NCBI GenBank assembly: GCA_008632985.1
Contig: QPGO01000015.1
Span: 435,998 to 499,997 of the forward strand
DNA from: Psammoneis japonica
Lineage: Eukaryota
Direction: 5' to 3'
DNA: 64,000 nt
The position numbers were made by a program, and so were the translations under genes. How positions within the stretch are numbered: the stretch's first letter is position 1; every line of letters starts with the position of its first letter. Shown here one piece after another: positions 10,984-23,032 of the stretch. Under the pieces are notes generated by a model that worked only from the letters and a program-made list of their open reading frames with translations, did no database searches and was not told the origin of the DNA.

Positions 10984-11336
10984 GTGCAGTACGATGCAAG
11001 AGAAGAGATGCAAGATGCAAAGCTTCAAAGTAAAGATGGAAGCAAGCGGCGCCGCCGCAGAGGAGAGTAATCGTGATCAGAAACGGATGCTTGTGCTCTT
11101 CATCCGTCTGTCATCATCGCATCGCATGCATACGTGCGTGAGAGCGCGCGTGAGAGTGCATTTCCACACAGTGCATCACCAATCTGGAACACCACTCACC
11201 GCACTCACCACTCAATCCTCAATCTCCGCCCTTTTTCTCAGTTGCTCACTTTTTCCAATGTGTCTTTTGGGTGCTTTTGTCTCTCCAACTTGCGAGGTTC
11301 TGTGATTATATTGGTCACTCTAACTACTATATAAAG

Positions 11337-13026
11337 ATGGAGAAGCAAAACGACGGAAAAGCCACCATGTCGGCAGAAGAAAAACACAAGGAGCTCATAG
11401 AGAAAATGACTGAGGCCAAGAAGCGTTGGGACAACGAAGATGACGAGGATGACACTGACAAGCTTTTATCCGAGGCCATGGAGCTTGCGATTCAGCAAGG
11501 AAAAGGGTGGTCGAAGGGAGAACGGGAGGAATACATTGCGAAAATTCTTGACGACGACTTTATACCCCCACTTTTTGCTTCAAATCAAGAAGATCTAGAA
11601 AAGAGTGGACTTGCGGATGCGTTTTCAACTCTGGTTTATGACGAAACACCGACACAGCTCATGCAGTCTTTTAAGAAGAAAGGAAACGAGGCATTTATGA
11701 ACGGAAAACGCAACGAGGCCAAGAATGTGCAGTACTATCGTGATGCAATCAATCACTACTACGAAGCATTTGCATGGGCCCAAAAGGTTGAACCAAAGGA
11801 AGACGGAATCACAGACACGGTTGCAGAGAATGACGATCCCCTGTTTACAGAGAAAGAGCTGGATGAGTTCAAGTCGACGCTTCTAGCCAATGCCGCCATG
11901 GCGCATATGCAACTAAAAAATTGGGGTTTTGTCAGGGACGACAGTAAAAGAGCGCTTCGCTTCAACGACCAGAATCTCAAGGCGTGGTATCGTCTTGCAA
12001 AGGCCTATCAGGCTCTACAGAATTGGGAGGAGGCAGGAGATGCTATCGACTCTGGCCTGGCCATAGACAGAAGTAATAAGGATCTCAAAAAGCTACAGAC
12101 GTTGCTCGAGAAACGAGTTACAAAAGCTAGGCAGGCACGACAAAAGCGAGAGCGCGCGAGAGCTGAACGAGTAGCACGGGTCAAGGAGGTTTGGAAACAT
12201 TGCAAGGAATCCGGTATCAAACTTGGACGCGTTCCATTAGTTTCCTCTGTCACAGACGAAGAGGAGGAAGATGGAGTGGACGAATCTAGATGGCATCAAC
12301 ATTATCCGCACACAGGCAGACTACCACAACAGAAATCTGGAGAATGGACGTGGCCGTGCATGTTTTTGTATCCCTCCCACAATCAGTCAGATTTCGTAGA
12401 ATTCTGCGGCGAATCTGAAATGATGGCAATGCGAATTGCAGACATGTTTCCCGAACTGGAAGACGTCGGTGAGGAGACAGCCATGCCGTGGGACTATAAC
12501 AATGAATTTGTTTGCAGTAACTTGGCAATGTACTTCGAAGTACACAGGACTGAGTCTGAGAGCGACGTCGTTCATCCTGAAAGCGTGGAAATTCTTATGG
12601 ACCAAGGTTCAACCATGCGTTTCTATGAAGCATCTCGTGCGTTGAAAGGCGATGAAGGACCTGAAATGGCCAATTTGGCTCGTGTTGTCGAGAGAAAGCA
12701 CCTACATAAGCAGCGAAAGGCGTGGAAGAAGAAGCACGGCAGTCTTTGGGCCAAGCCAGAACCGTGCCCTGTTGTGCGAGTCCATCCTGCCATGACTCTT
12801 AGAGATGTACTACTGGATGAGCGATTGGTTGTTCCAAATGTAAGAATATGCTCACTGATTGTTGTGAATGATCTTTTTGTTCGTGTCCTCATCCCATGAA
12901 CCCCTGATTCTGTCATCACAGTTTCTTGTCACTTTTCTCATTTTTCCGGAGCAGCATCCAGCTCACGACGCGTATTTGAATGAGCACAAGTGCATAGGTA
13001 TTTTGCAACCAAAAAATTTGGAGTAG
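11337..13026 (+). CDS. TTC4: TTC4/Cns1-like TPR Hsp70/Hsp90 co-chaperone with wheel domain; 2 exons, intron 12840-12921
   Basis: PLF motif, TPRs (FKKKGNEAF...AINHY; NAAMAHMQLKNWG; KAWYRLAKA), WPCMFLYPSHNQSDFV, PWDY..EF. The second exon FLVTFLIFP... ends at TAG 13024-13026. Confidence 0.85.
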
Positions 13027-13349
13027 ACGCAGGTTTCTGGAGGGTCGAAGGTGGCTACGATTGCGAAAGTACTGTAATTCTTCTAGTCTCCTAATATCTG
13101 CTTCGGGAGTAGCATGTAACAACTCATGAGCGAACCCATTCCATAGCTAGTATCTTTGGCGCCTGGCTCCTCGTTGTTAAGCATGTTGTCCAAAATGTGT
13201 GTAAGTTTGGGTGTGGGGATAGATGCAGCAACCTTAGCATGAACTCCTACGGCAAAATATGCGTAATTCTTCTAAGCCAGTTGCCATCAGAGCGCCAACG
13301 AACTCGCGCGTAGTCAACGGCCCCGTCCTCCAAAGTAGCCAGTACATGG

Positions 13350-15808
13350 TCAAGAATCGATTGTGTGAGATCTTGATTTCGAACAAGGCGCCTTCCTTGA
13401 GGCCGCACAAGGCGCAATTAGACTTTTGATGCCAACCGTTCCTTCCGTCTTTGAGTGATTCAAGAGAATCTGCTGGATCCCTGGTCGGTCTCGACAACCA
13501 CTGTGGATGTGAGGCCGGCATGAAAAGAAGGCCTGAACAACTAGCCAGTCTCCATTTTCACACCCGTGTTGATGACCCAGACCCAGAAAAATCCCTTCTT
13601 GTAACTTGCAAGACTTCTGACAGTTTTGAGCACAGACACATGATTGGTGGTTAAAAGCATCTGCCTCAAAAACTTTCATGCTGACGCACCCAAGAGTTTG
13701 AAGCGCACTTGATTGAATCTGAATGGGCCAAAACATGGAGCACACTGTCATGCCCCAATCAAAGATTGCAACATTCATTCCTTTCTGGTGGAGTGCAGAG
13801 CATGCAGCCACCACCACAACAAGGCCAGAAACACCATCCCCTGCATGCAATTGTGACTTTTGCATTGAGTTCAACCTTCAAAACTGTTTTGCTTGGGGTG
13901 TGACCTCACTTTTCTTAACTGCCTGTGCTGTCCACCCACTTTCTGCACTTCATCTGCTGTCTCTGGTGTTCTCAAGGGTCTTTGGCCTCACAGAAGCAAG
14001 CTTCCACAACCAAACTCACTTCTACATCAAAACATGATGAAGTGCTCAAGAGGACAAAACAAAAGCAACAGCGAGTCCAGTTGCCCTGCCACCATTCCAA
14101 GGAAACAAGCAAGCATCTGCTCAGTTGTTGGTGAACACAGATCCTGGAGACTTCTGTCTAATCATTCCACCCACCACACAAAAATGGTGTGTGCTGGCAG
14201 CAGGGGACGAGTGTCATGCCAAAAAGTGAAAAGTTCTTTCATGGCTTGCACACATGCTTCCACATCACAACACATCTTTGCTTCAATCACCAACCATCTG
14301 TTTGTCATCAATGCACATTTTGAACACTGTCCTTTGCACAAGTGCAGAGACTTCAACCAGCTCACCCAGCAACCATGAAAACACTCTCATCCCTCTGATC
14401 ATTGCCTTTCTTGGCTTTGGGACAATCTGCTTTTGCTCCTGTGGCACCCTGCTTTCAACATTTCCATTTGCTCTTCTTTTTGCAAACAACATGCCAATTT
14501 CTTGATCATCTTCATGGAGCTTTTAATTTGCTTTCCTTTGGATTTCTGCTCCCAACACATGTCAAAAATTGCAAAGCATTTTTGTGGCCATCTCGGGGCT
14601 TTTCATTCTCTGAGGTTGAACACACAGCCAAATTTCTTCTTGCAAACACCATTCAACAACACGGCGGGGCTCGACACTTGTTTTTTTTTTCAATGTCAGC
14701 AGCCCTGTCAGGCTCAAAGACATGCTGGCACTCCTTTTGGCCAGCCTCGTCATTGGCACAACTCCTCCACAAATCCTTTTCACAACCTCTGCCAAGCCTG
14801 TGAATTGCTTGCAGCAAGCCAACAGGTCCCAATTGTCCCCTTGCCTGCAAGGCAATGATGCCCTCCATTTCTTTGAAGCTTGAGGTGGTCTGGGCTTCTT
14901 TTTGTGCACAACATCTAATTTCTTTTTCAAGACACTGCAGCTCTTCTCCAAGCTTTCAACTCTGTTCAACGCAGACTTGTCACACCAGCTTGTCACAACA
15001 GTGAACACCTTGGCTTTGCAGTCAGAGCACCTTGGCTCATTTTTCACACACTGATTGCACCACTTCTTGCCCCAGATTGCCCCCTCTCTTTCCTCTTTCA
15101 CCACCAGTCTTGGGATGCTCAGGTTCAGAAAATGCCGTTTTTTGTGAAAGCAACACCAGTTTCCATGTTGTTGCTCTGTGCACACACACTTGACAACATG
15201 CTCAGCTGTCTTCTTGGCAGTGGTCTCATCACACTCATTGGCCCCAGCTCTGCCAGCTGCAATGGCTTGCTTGTGCACCTTCACAGCTGCTCTGTTGCCT
15301 CGCCAACTTGCTGTTTTTCATCTTGACTTGCTCACTTCTTTGAGAGCAGTGGCATTGTTTCCAAAGGAGATGACAAGCATCTCTTTCCTGTTGCTCATTC
15401 TTCAAACAGAGCATCAAATCTTCCCCAGCCACTCATTTGGCCAGAGCAACAAATCTCTGCAATGACTTTGTTGCTTCAGCCAGCTCAAAGGCTCCACAGT
15501 CATTGATGCACTGACAAAATTTTAGACTCCTCTTGACTTCCTGGCCAGCTCTTTTCAGCATGCACCAGCTTTTGGACAATGCACAGCCCCTGGAAACTCC
15601 TTCTGTCTGTTGAATCCACCACAAATGCAGCATGCTCTGACAGCCACACTGGCTGAGGGTTGCTGCAAAAAGCAAGAATTTTTTCATGGCTCACACATGC
15701 TTTCACATCAAACCACACATTTGCTTCAAAATTGCTGGCTGTCCCTCCACATTGTCAATTTACATTTTCCAATGTCAGCCATGTGCATGACATTGTGTGC
15801 TTTTCTCT
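13350..15808. mobile_element. Old degenerate repeat-derived sequence, family unassigned; left part of the domain interrupted by Copia
   Basis: Nearly devoid of both TpA and CpG, with many Cys/His-rich overlapping ORFs. Continues into 22890+ when the Copia element is removed. Confidence 0.5.
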
Positions 15809-16084
15809 TGACAGAAATTGAAGGCAAGTGGCAAGAATTCAAACAATGACTCCTTGCTGCTGTCTAAACAGCAGATGAGTCTCCGCTCAGAGACCGTCAC
15901 AGGAGCCAAAAGATGTGCAAGTCGGCACAATCGGGCTGCTGTTGTCATTCTTGTGAGCCTTGTGGCTCAAAAGCAAACTACATCGCGCGCGAACGCGCGG
16001 AACTAAAGCACACAAAACTGTGCATGGCAAACTAAACAGCGTGGGACATTTTGCGCGCACCCAAATCCTGTTCAAATCCTGTCA
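15809..16084 (-). repeat. 3' LTR of the Copia element
   Basis: Ungapped direct repeat of 22614-22889 (offset 6805). Confidence 0.95.
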
Positions 16085-19000
16085 CTCCCCAGTTTGCTTG
16101 AAGAGTCACAGAAACAGATTCGACTTCAGATGGAATGAAGTTCCAGAACATGAGGGGGCGGAGAAGGTCCCAGACTTGGGAGCAACCCCAATGCTTGCTG
16201 AGAATGTCAGCAGGGTTGCAGGAGCCTTCGATGAAGTGGAGCTCAAGGCAACCAGAGGCAATTGCCTCACGCACACGGTGGAATGACAGTGTGGTGTGTC
16301 GCTTGTGTAACTTGGAGTGCGGGATGGTGGCACTGTCTACAACCGACTTGTTGTCACTGAACATGCAACTGATGTCACGGATCGGGACGCTGAGGCAGCG
16401 CAGGGTGATGCGCAGGTCAACAATCTGCTCGACACAAGTCCTTGCGGCAACAAATTCAGACCCGCAGGTCGCAGTCTCCACGGTGGCTTGCTTCTTGGAG
16501 AACCAATCAGCTGGGAATTTGTTGAGGAAGTGGAGCATTCCCATGACAGAGCGTCCGGTGAGCATGCAATGGCACAAGTTTGCATGGACGCAGTGGGTGG
16601 CAGTGACAAACTTGCCAAGGGGTGGTGGAGCGTCCTTCAGGATCATCTCTTCTGCTTCGCCACACACGGAATGCATCCATTCACAGGCCGGAGCAGGGAG
16701 ATCCGAACAGTCGGGCTCTTCTGTGGGAACGCGGAGAGTGCCGTGTCGCATCTTGGAGAGGTGCCCACAGACGCGTTTGGCACGATCCAAGTGGCCTTGA
16801 CGGGGTGCAGCTCGGAAGCTAGAGAGTGACATGACGGCCGTGGCAATGTCAATTCGACCAAGGGACACTGCCCATTGGAGTGAACCAACAAGAGACTGGA
16901 ACTGTTGAATGCCATCGGGCCCCAGCAGTTCGGAAGTGTCCAGTTCGGGGTGGTCACCCTTCTCCAGAGGTGACAGGGCGTTGGTGGCAGGCTTCTCCCC
17001 AAACAGTCATGTGTGGCTGTTGACCATGCGTTCAATGCACTTGCGCGGAGACAGGCACAAGGTGCCATCAGGATCCCGGGAAAAGTCGCAGCCCAGATGG
17101 AACTCAATCGGTCCCGCACCCTTGAGCTTGAACTTGTGCTTTTCTGTGAGAGCATCGATGAAAGATTGAGGGTCCTTCATGGCAATGGCGAGGTCATCCA
17201 CACAAACGGCAATGCATTCGCAGTGGTCGCTGTTCCTGCGCATCCAAATGTCGGGTTCGGCGCGGCAGGGGAAGAAACCTTCAGCTCGCAGGCAGTCGGT
17301 GAAGCGCTCGTGCCAGCGGAGGCCGGAGCTGCGCAGTCCATGCAGGGCCTTGTGGATGACAAGAATGTGGCCTTCGAGTTTGACAAATTCGGGTCCAGCC
17401 ACAATGCACAGCTTCTCTTTGGTGGTGGCTTCAAGGCAGGCATTGCCAATGTCGGTGGCCCATGTCTCCAACTCGTTGAGTTCGGCCAGGAAAATCATCA
17501 GTCGAAGGCCACGGAGGGAGACTGCTCCGGAGTGGACACCATCGATGGGCACATCCGTGAGGTGCCCATTGGCTGCGAGTCGTGCCTTGTGGCGAACGTC
17601 GTGCACGAGGTGCACTCGGATCTTCTTGTGTCCCGCAGGAGGAGTGGAAGACTTGGAGGGCCCGCAGTCATGGAAGACTTTGTGTTCATCGAGTTGGTCC
17701 ATCTCGAGATTAGTTGCGTCTCCCCATTTGCGGTTGCCGTTGCGTTCGTCTGGTGACATGGCGTGTTTGTAGTTCCGGGGAACTTCGCATCCGCACTTGC
17801 AGCGAGGTGCAGTGCGGAAGGAGCGAAGCTTGGCTTGGTTGGCCATGTGGAACAGCTTCTTCTGGTGCCTCGCGATGGTGCGGAACCGCTTCCAGCCATC
17901 AGTGTCGAGAAGTCCGTTCTCTCGTGCACAGATGGCGCAGGTGACAGGGTCGTCCTTGGCGATGATGGCAAGAGGCTCGGACGTGATCTCCCCACTTTCC
18001 CATTCAAGCACAATGTTGTAGCTTGAGCCTTTCCAGGTTGGGTCATGAGGCTTCAGAGGTCCTTCGTGTGACACAATGCGTCGAAATTTCCAAACAGCAG
18101 TGTCTTTGTCTTCTTGCTCAATGTGATTCATGATGTTGTTGCAGGCCAGGACTTCCTCACATTCGTCGTTGTTGACAGAGCAGACGAACTCAGTGAGCTC
18201 GGGGTTGCCGTTCACTTTCCATTCGTGGTCTTCGACGGCCTTGACGATGCATGCTCTGTGGCGTTGTCCGTCCTCTTGTGGCTGCATGAGGAAGGTGCGT
18301 CCGATGATGTCTTGCGGATCGAAAACTGGCATCTTGGGTGTCCTGATCTCCCCATTGGGTGAATCGACGGGGTTGTCGTCATGGTGAGATTTGATGATGG
18401 GTTCAGGTGGCTCCCCATCAGGAGGATCAAGATGCAGGTTTCGAGTGGCAGGATCGGTGGCAGCGGATCGTACGTTGGACCGGCAGAGGATCTTCTGAGT
18501 CTCGTCAGAGAGCATCTTGAAGGTCATCTGGTGGCCGACGTGCTCAGCAATGCCAACAAAGCGTCCACGCAACTCACGGGATTCGGACGGCCAATCGGAG
18601 TCATCGAGGTGGAAGCACATGGGTTCCCACCAGTGAAAGCGAAGCAATGGGCTGATGTCCGGGGTGGAGCCAGTGAGAGTCTCGAGGGGCGTGCGCCAGT
18701 GGAGACGTGGGGACGCTGCATGGTTGAGTGTGAAGCACACACACATGAGTGCCAGCAGCCATGTGTGGGCAGGCGAACCGAAACGGTCCATGACAGTGTT
18801 TGCCACGCGCTTCACGGTCTGGTGTCGATGTTTGGCAAAGTTTTGGTGTTGCTGGTGAGGCTCACTTTGCCAGCTGGAGACAAAGAGGGCTCATAGGATC
18901 CCGAGCACCTTGTTGCTGATCTCAACTTGAGCACGGTTGCCAATGAGTTTGGATGGAGCACCACGCTCACGGATCTGATCCTCGAGTGTGTTGACAAACT

Positions 19001-21699
19001 CTTTGTCCATTTTGGTGCCGCAGACGTCAGTGACGGCAGACTTGGTGCCAACAAACAGTTGGGCGCTGGTGCAACCAGAGTCGACGGCCGGGGTGTCGGC
19101 ACAAATGGTGTCAGTGGCGATGGGCTCATTGCGGCGGTGCACATTAAGGGCGGGGTTGGGCGATTTGTGGGCCTTCTTAAGGTGGGCACCGGCGGGCATG
19201 CGGGCGCACTGCATGGTGCAGTCGAAAGTGCGACGAACCGCATCGGCAGGTTGGAAGCCAAAGCAAGACCGAAGAGACTCGCAGGGGGGGGTCCTTGGGC
19301 TGCACAGTGCGCTCCGGGGGCAGAACGTCGTCGTCCTTGGGGTCAATCGCGTGTGGATGACACTTGTGGAACACGTCGTCATTCGGAATGAGGTGGTCAT
19401 CAAGGGCGGACGCGTGATCGGCAGACAAGGAGGCGGACATGATGGCCTTGTTGACAACGACACGGTGACGGCAGTTGCTGCATTCATAAAACAGGTTGGC
19501 AGTGGGATCGTCCTGCAGGTCAGAGATCGCGTCGCACCACTGGTCGTCGTCAGTGACAGAGTGATCAAGGACGGAAGGATCCCATGTGTCATCACCGGCA
19601 AGGATGACATGGGGCAGGGTGTCCCATTCGGTGTCAGTGCAGGGTCGCATGGCAACATGAGGCAGGCCGCCCTTGATGTCAATTTGGATGACACAGCCAT
19701 CAGGGGTGGTGATGCGTTGCAAGCCGTTGGGCACCTTGACAGAGCGATCGTTGACATCATGTTTGTGCCATTCGAGCTGGCCACAGGAATGAATGGTCTT
19801 GCCCTTTCCCGTGCATGTGCACTGATGGAGGATGGCGATGACGGGACCACGCTGTGTCTCAATGACGGCACCAGCGGTGACAATGGGGATGCCCACCAAT
19901 TGATGGTTGTCAATGCCCTGAACGTCGACTTGGCGAGAGGTGCATGCAATGACGTGAACATCGTTGCCAGCAATGCCGCCGTTGGCTCCACGATCAACCA
20001 GAGCACCAGTGCATGTGGAGCAATGAGCGGAGGCAGAGCAAATGACATTGTGGTTGTCAACGCGGCGGCAAGTGCGGCTGTTGAGTTCCATGTCATCTGT
20101 GGGAGCAGGCAAGGTAGAGGGAGCAGCGGATGGGCCCGGTCGACTGGCGTTGGGGGCTTGGTGAGGAGACAACAGGCGTTGCAGATCACCGGGTGGCAGT
20201 GGCTTGTGCTTGGTGAGGTGCGCCAGAATGGGATTGTCTGAAGTGGCACCCACATTTGGAGCGGGGTCACCAGAGTCAGCAGGAATCGTGTTGGACAAGT
20301 TGACATCACCGTCACTCCCAAGTCGTTGGTCGTGAAGGTTGACCGCAACGGACTCATGGCAGTTGCTGGCTCGCGGGTTGCGGGGAGGCGGACGAGAATG
20401 CTCAAGGATGATCGCCTTAGAGGAATGGGGCAACGAATCCCAAATCCCAAATCCGTTGGTGGTCAGGAGGGAGACGTTTCCATTGGTCACCGGCGAGGCT
20501 GGGACCGCGGGTGCAGGCAGCGTCAGCCTGAAGGACGTCAATGTCGCTGTCGATGTCATAGAACACATCATCGGATGGTTCCTCAGAGTGGACGTCGTGT
20601 GCACACATGGCGCGTCGGGGAGCTCGAGGTGTCGTCTTGGGTTGAAACGTGCTGTCGCATTGAGCCGCCGTGGAGAGGAGCAAGCCACAACATTGATCGC
20701 ATGTGAGGCTCTTGCCACTCTGCGTGCGATGCTGATCAGCTTGGTTCTTGACGGCGCGGAGTTCCTCGACAGGATGCACGGCATTCTCGAGCACTTCTGT
20801 CCTTCAGAGAAGTGGTCACTGGCCGGGATGAGTGCCTCGTGCTTGCGCAACTGGTCCTGCCAATGAAGGATGAACCCGTGGGTCGGACCTTTCCAAGTGC
20901 CATCACCAAGGCGTGCGGTGGTGAGGTGCGTGAGCAAGGTGGAGGACTCGACAGATGCGCGGGTGGAGGCAAGCGCGCACTCGGACAAGGCGCGGCAGAT
21001 GGTCTGGGTGTCAGAAGACCCCACATTTTCGCGAATGAGAGCCTTGCCCTTGTCGGTGAGAAGGATGTGTTCAAAGACGGCGAACATGTGCTTTTGCTGT
21101 TCAGCAAAGAGCAGTTTGTCTTCGGGGCTGGTCGGTTTGTACGACGAGTCTAGAATGCACTTGACGTCTTGGGCACGGGCTTGTGCCACAAGTGAGGTGT
21201 GCCAAGTGTGCCATTGCTTGTCGGATTTGAGAGCCGTGAAAGCAGTGGGGTCACGCTTGATGCCTCGCTTGAAGTCTTGCACCGGGTCGCGTGCCTTGGT
21301 CGGGTTGGTGACATGCGGAGGTGCGAGAGGTGAGCTGCCGACGGACACAGAAGACATGCAGTCGGGACTGAGGCGGCAGGCAAGGAACTCCTCATGCGTG
21401 AACAATGAGGAGTCATTGGCAACATCAAGGCCTTCGTGTGCTTTGACAATGCACAGACTAACTGGAGCTGCCAACATGTTCTCACAACCTCGGGGCAATG
21501 GGATCACATTGGTGCCGTTGTCGCACTCAAGCGAGTCGATTTGGGAAGGTGTGAACGTGAACAGTTCTTGGTGCGAGTCCATGTCGTCATGGGTCAAAGC
21601 CAAATGAAGAGGGCTTCCAGCACCTTGGGCAAGTGCAGTTCCAACAACGTGCTCGAAACCATCGGTTTGTTGCTGACAAGTGAGAACCATGGCAGACAA
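16085..21699 (-). pseudogene. Copia gag-pol polyprotein, broken by several frameshifts, with Tyr codons converted to His/Cys
   Basis: gag FKRGIKRD. Protease ALVDRGANGG. Integrase IATDT..DTPAVDSG, FVNTLEDQIRERGAP. RT HKARLAANGH, DIGNA(Y>C)LEA, KAL(Y>H)GLRSSG, (Y>C)VDDL. RNase H SKKQATVETAT(Y>C)GSEF, DNKSVV, NPADILSK. Confidence 0.9.
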
Positions 21700-22613
21700 A
21701 AGCGGTGTCAGGACAAGCGATTCTTGTTGGGACGCGGAGGTGGACTTGAAACTTGAGTGGGAACAGACTTGACTTGAAATGGACTTGACTTGAAATCTTG
21801 AACCATCTTAAAATCAGAAGTCGCCGGGTTGTGCCACCCCGTTCATTGTTGAGTGCTGAACTTCCCATCCGGTCCGCAGAGTTGTGCCGGCAGGCCAGCG
21901 GCGCTTTGGATTGCTTGCGAGTGGAGCAGCGGGTTGCAAACCCCTGCAGGCAAGCTGACTGGAGGTGGACAAGACCCCAAAACCATTTCTCATTTTACAT
22001 TGGTTGGATTTCCCAATTGGGCTGGCCAGTTGACGCAGGCGCCAGGCGCTGTGGACGAACGAACAAACGTGGGAAAACACCCTCGCCCCAACGCAGGCTG
22101 CAATCACGGCTGCTTGCTCTCACAGTCGTCCTCGTGGACCTGGCAGAACTGTGGAGCACCAGAAGTCCGGGGCAGATCAGGTGCAATGGACTCGGTGTGC
22201 TTGTAAAGTGGCAGCAAAGCCGCAGTCCAAAGAGTGGGTGCAAGTTCTTGGCTGTGAAGATGTGGACACATGTGTGTCTTCAGCGACGAAGATCCTTGAA
22301 TGTGTGGGGTTCTTGACCGTCAACCGTTGAATGGGCACATGAAGGGATGAGGATCAAGGACAGACTTGGACATGACCGTTGCATGCATGTCTTCAGCGAC
22401 AAAAGGCAGCACAATCAATCCAGATGTCCAGCGGCAAGGAGACTTGACGGTGACGTTAACTTCCTGCCGATGCCTGGCATTGAATGCGCGTAGACTTGCC
22501 GATGTACGTAGAACATGTGCGGAGGTCCACGCAGAATTGAAAAGCGTCGTCAGTAAATCAACGACGATGATGGCAGTTGCTCAATGGGTTGACAATGAGC
22601 AAGACTGTTAATC

Positions 22614-22889
22614 TGACAGAAATTGAAGGCAAATGGCAAGAATTCAAACAATGACTCCTTGCTGCTGTCTAAACAGCAGATGAGTCTCCGCTCAGAGACC
22701 GTCACAGGAGCCAAAAGACGTGCAAGTTGGTGTAATCGGGCTGCTGTCATCATTCTTGTGAGCCTTGTGGCTCGAAAGCAAACTACATCGCGCGCGAACG
22801 CGCGGAACTAAAGCACACAAAACTGTGCGCGGCAAACTGAACAGCGCGCGACATTTCGCGCGCACCTAAATCCTGTTCAAATCCTGTCA
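22614..22889 (-). repeat. 5' LTR of the Copia element
   Basis: Ungapped direct repeat of 15809-16084. Confidence 0.95.
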
Positions 22890-22894
22890 TCTCT

Positions 22895-23032
22895 GGTCAT
22901 CAAGCCAAGAGAAAGGGGGTTGCAAAGGTGCACTGCAGGGCATGCCCATCCCCATGCATGACATTGTGGGCTTTTCTCTGGTCATCAAGCCAAGTGAAAG
23001 GGGGTTGCAAAGGTGCACTGCAGGGCATGCCC
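22895..23032. repeat. 85-bp tandem duplication at the Copia target site
   Basis: ggtcatcaagccaag.gaaagggggttgcaaaggtgcactgcagggcatgccc occurs at 22895 and 22980. The start of the first unit (catgacattgtg.gcttttctct) lies left of the element at ~15786-15808, which confirms the empty-site reconstruction. Confidence 0.85.

Larger units (their letters stand above)
15809..22889 (-). mobile_element. Full-length Ty1/Copia LTR retrotransposon (diatom CoDi-like), inactivated and nested in an older repeat
   Basis: 276-bp TG...CA LTRs at 15809-16084 and 22614-22889. 5-bp TSD TCTCT at 15804-15808 and 22890-22894. PPT-like tract at 16085-16094. Domain order gag-PR-INT-RT-RNaseH. Confidence 0.95.

Noticed and set aside
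10484..11305. 273-aa plus-strand ORF
   Set aside because: Antisense shadow of the 10138..10905 gene running through a CAA microsatellite.
16085..21699. ADAR-type RNA editing or RT error fixed at retrotransposition
   Set aside because: RNA editing would give only A>G on the sense strand, and either route would leave the two LTRs identical; both T>C and A>G are seen and the LTRs differ.
16135..21756. Many long overlapping antisense and alternate-frame ORFs in the Copia and Gypsy (e.g. 18988..20241 +, 17013..17756 +, 7642..8301 +)
   Set aside because: Loss of TA removes TAA and TAG stops in all six frames, so long ORFs arise passively; none has recognisable motifs.
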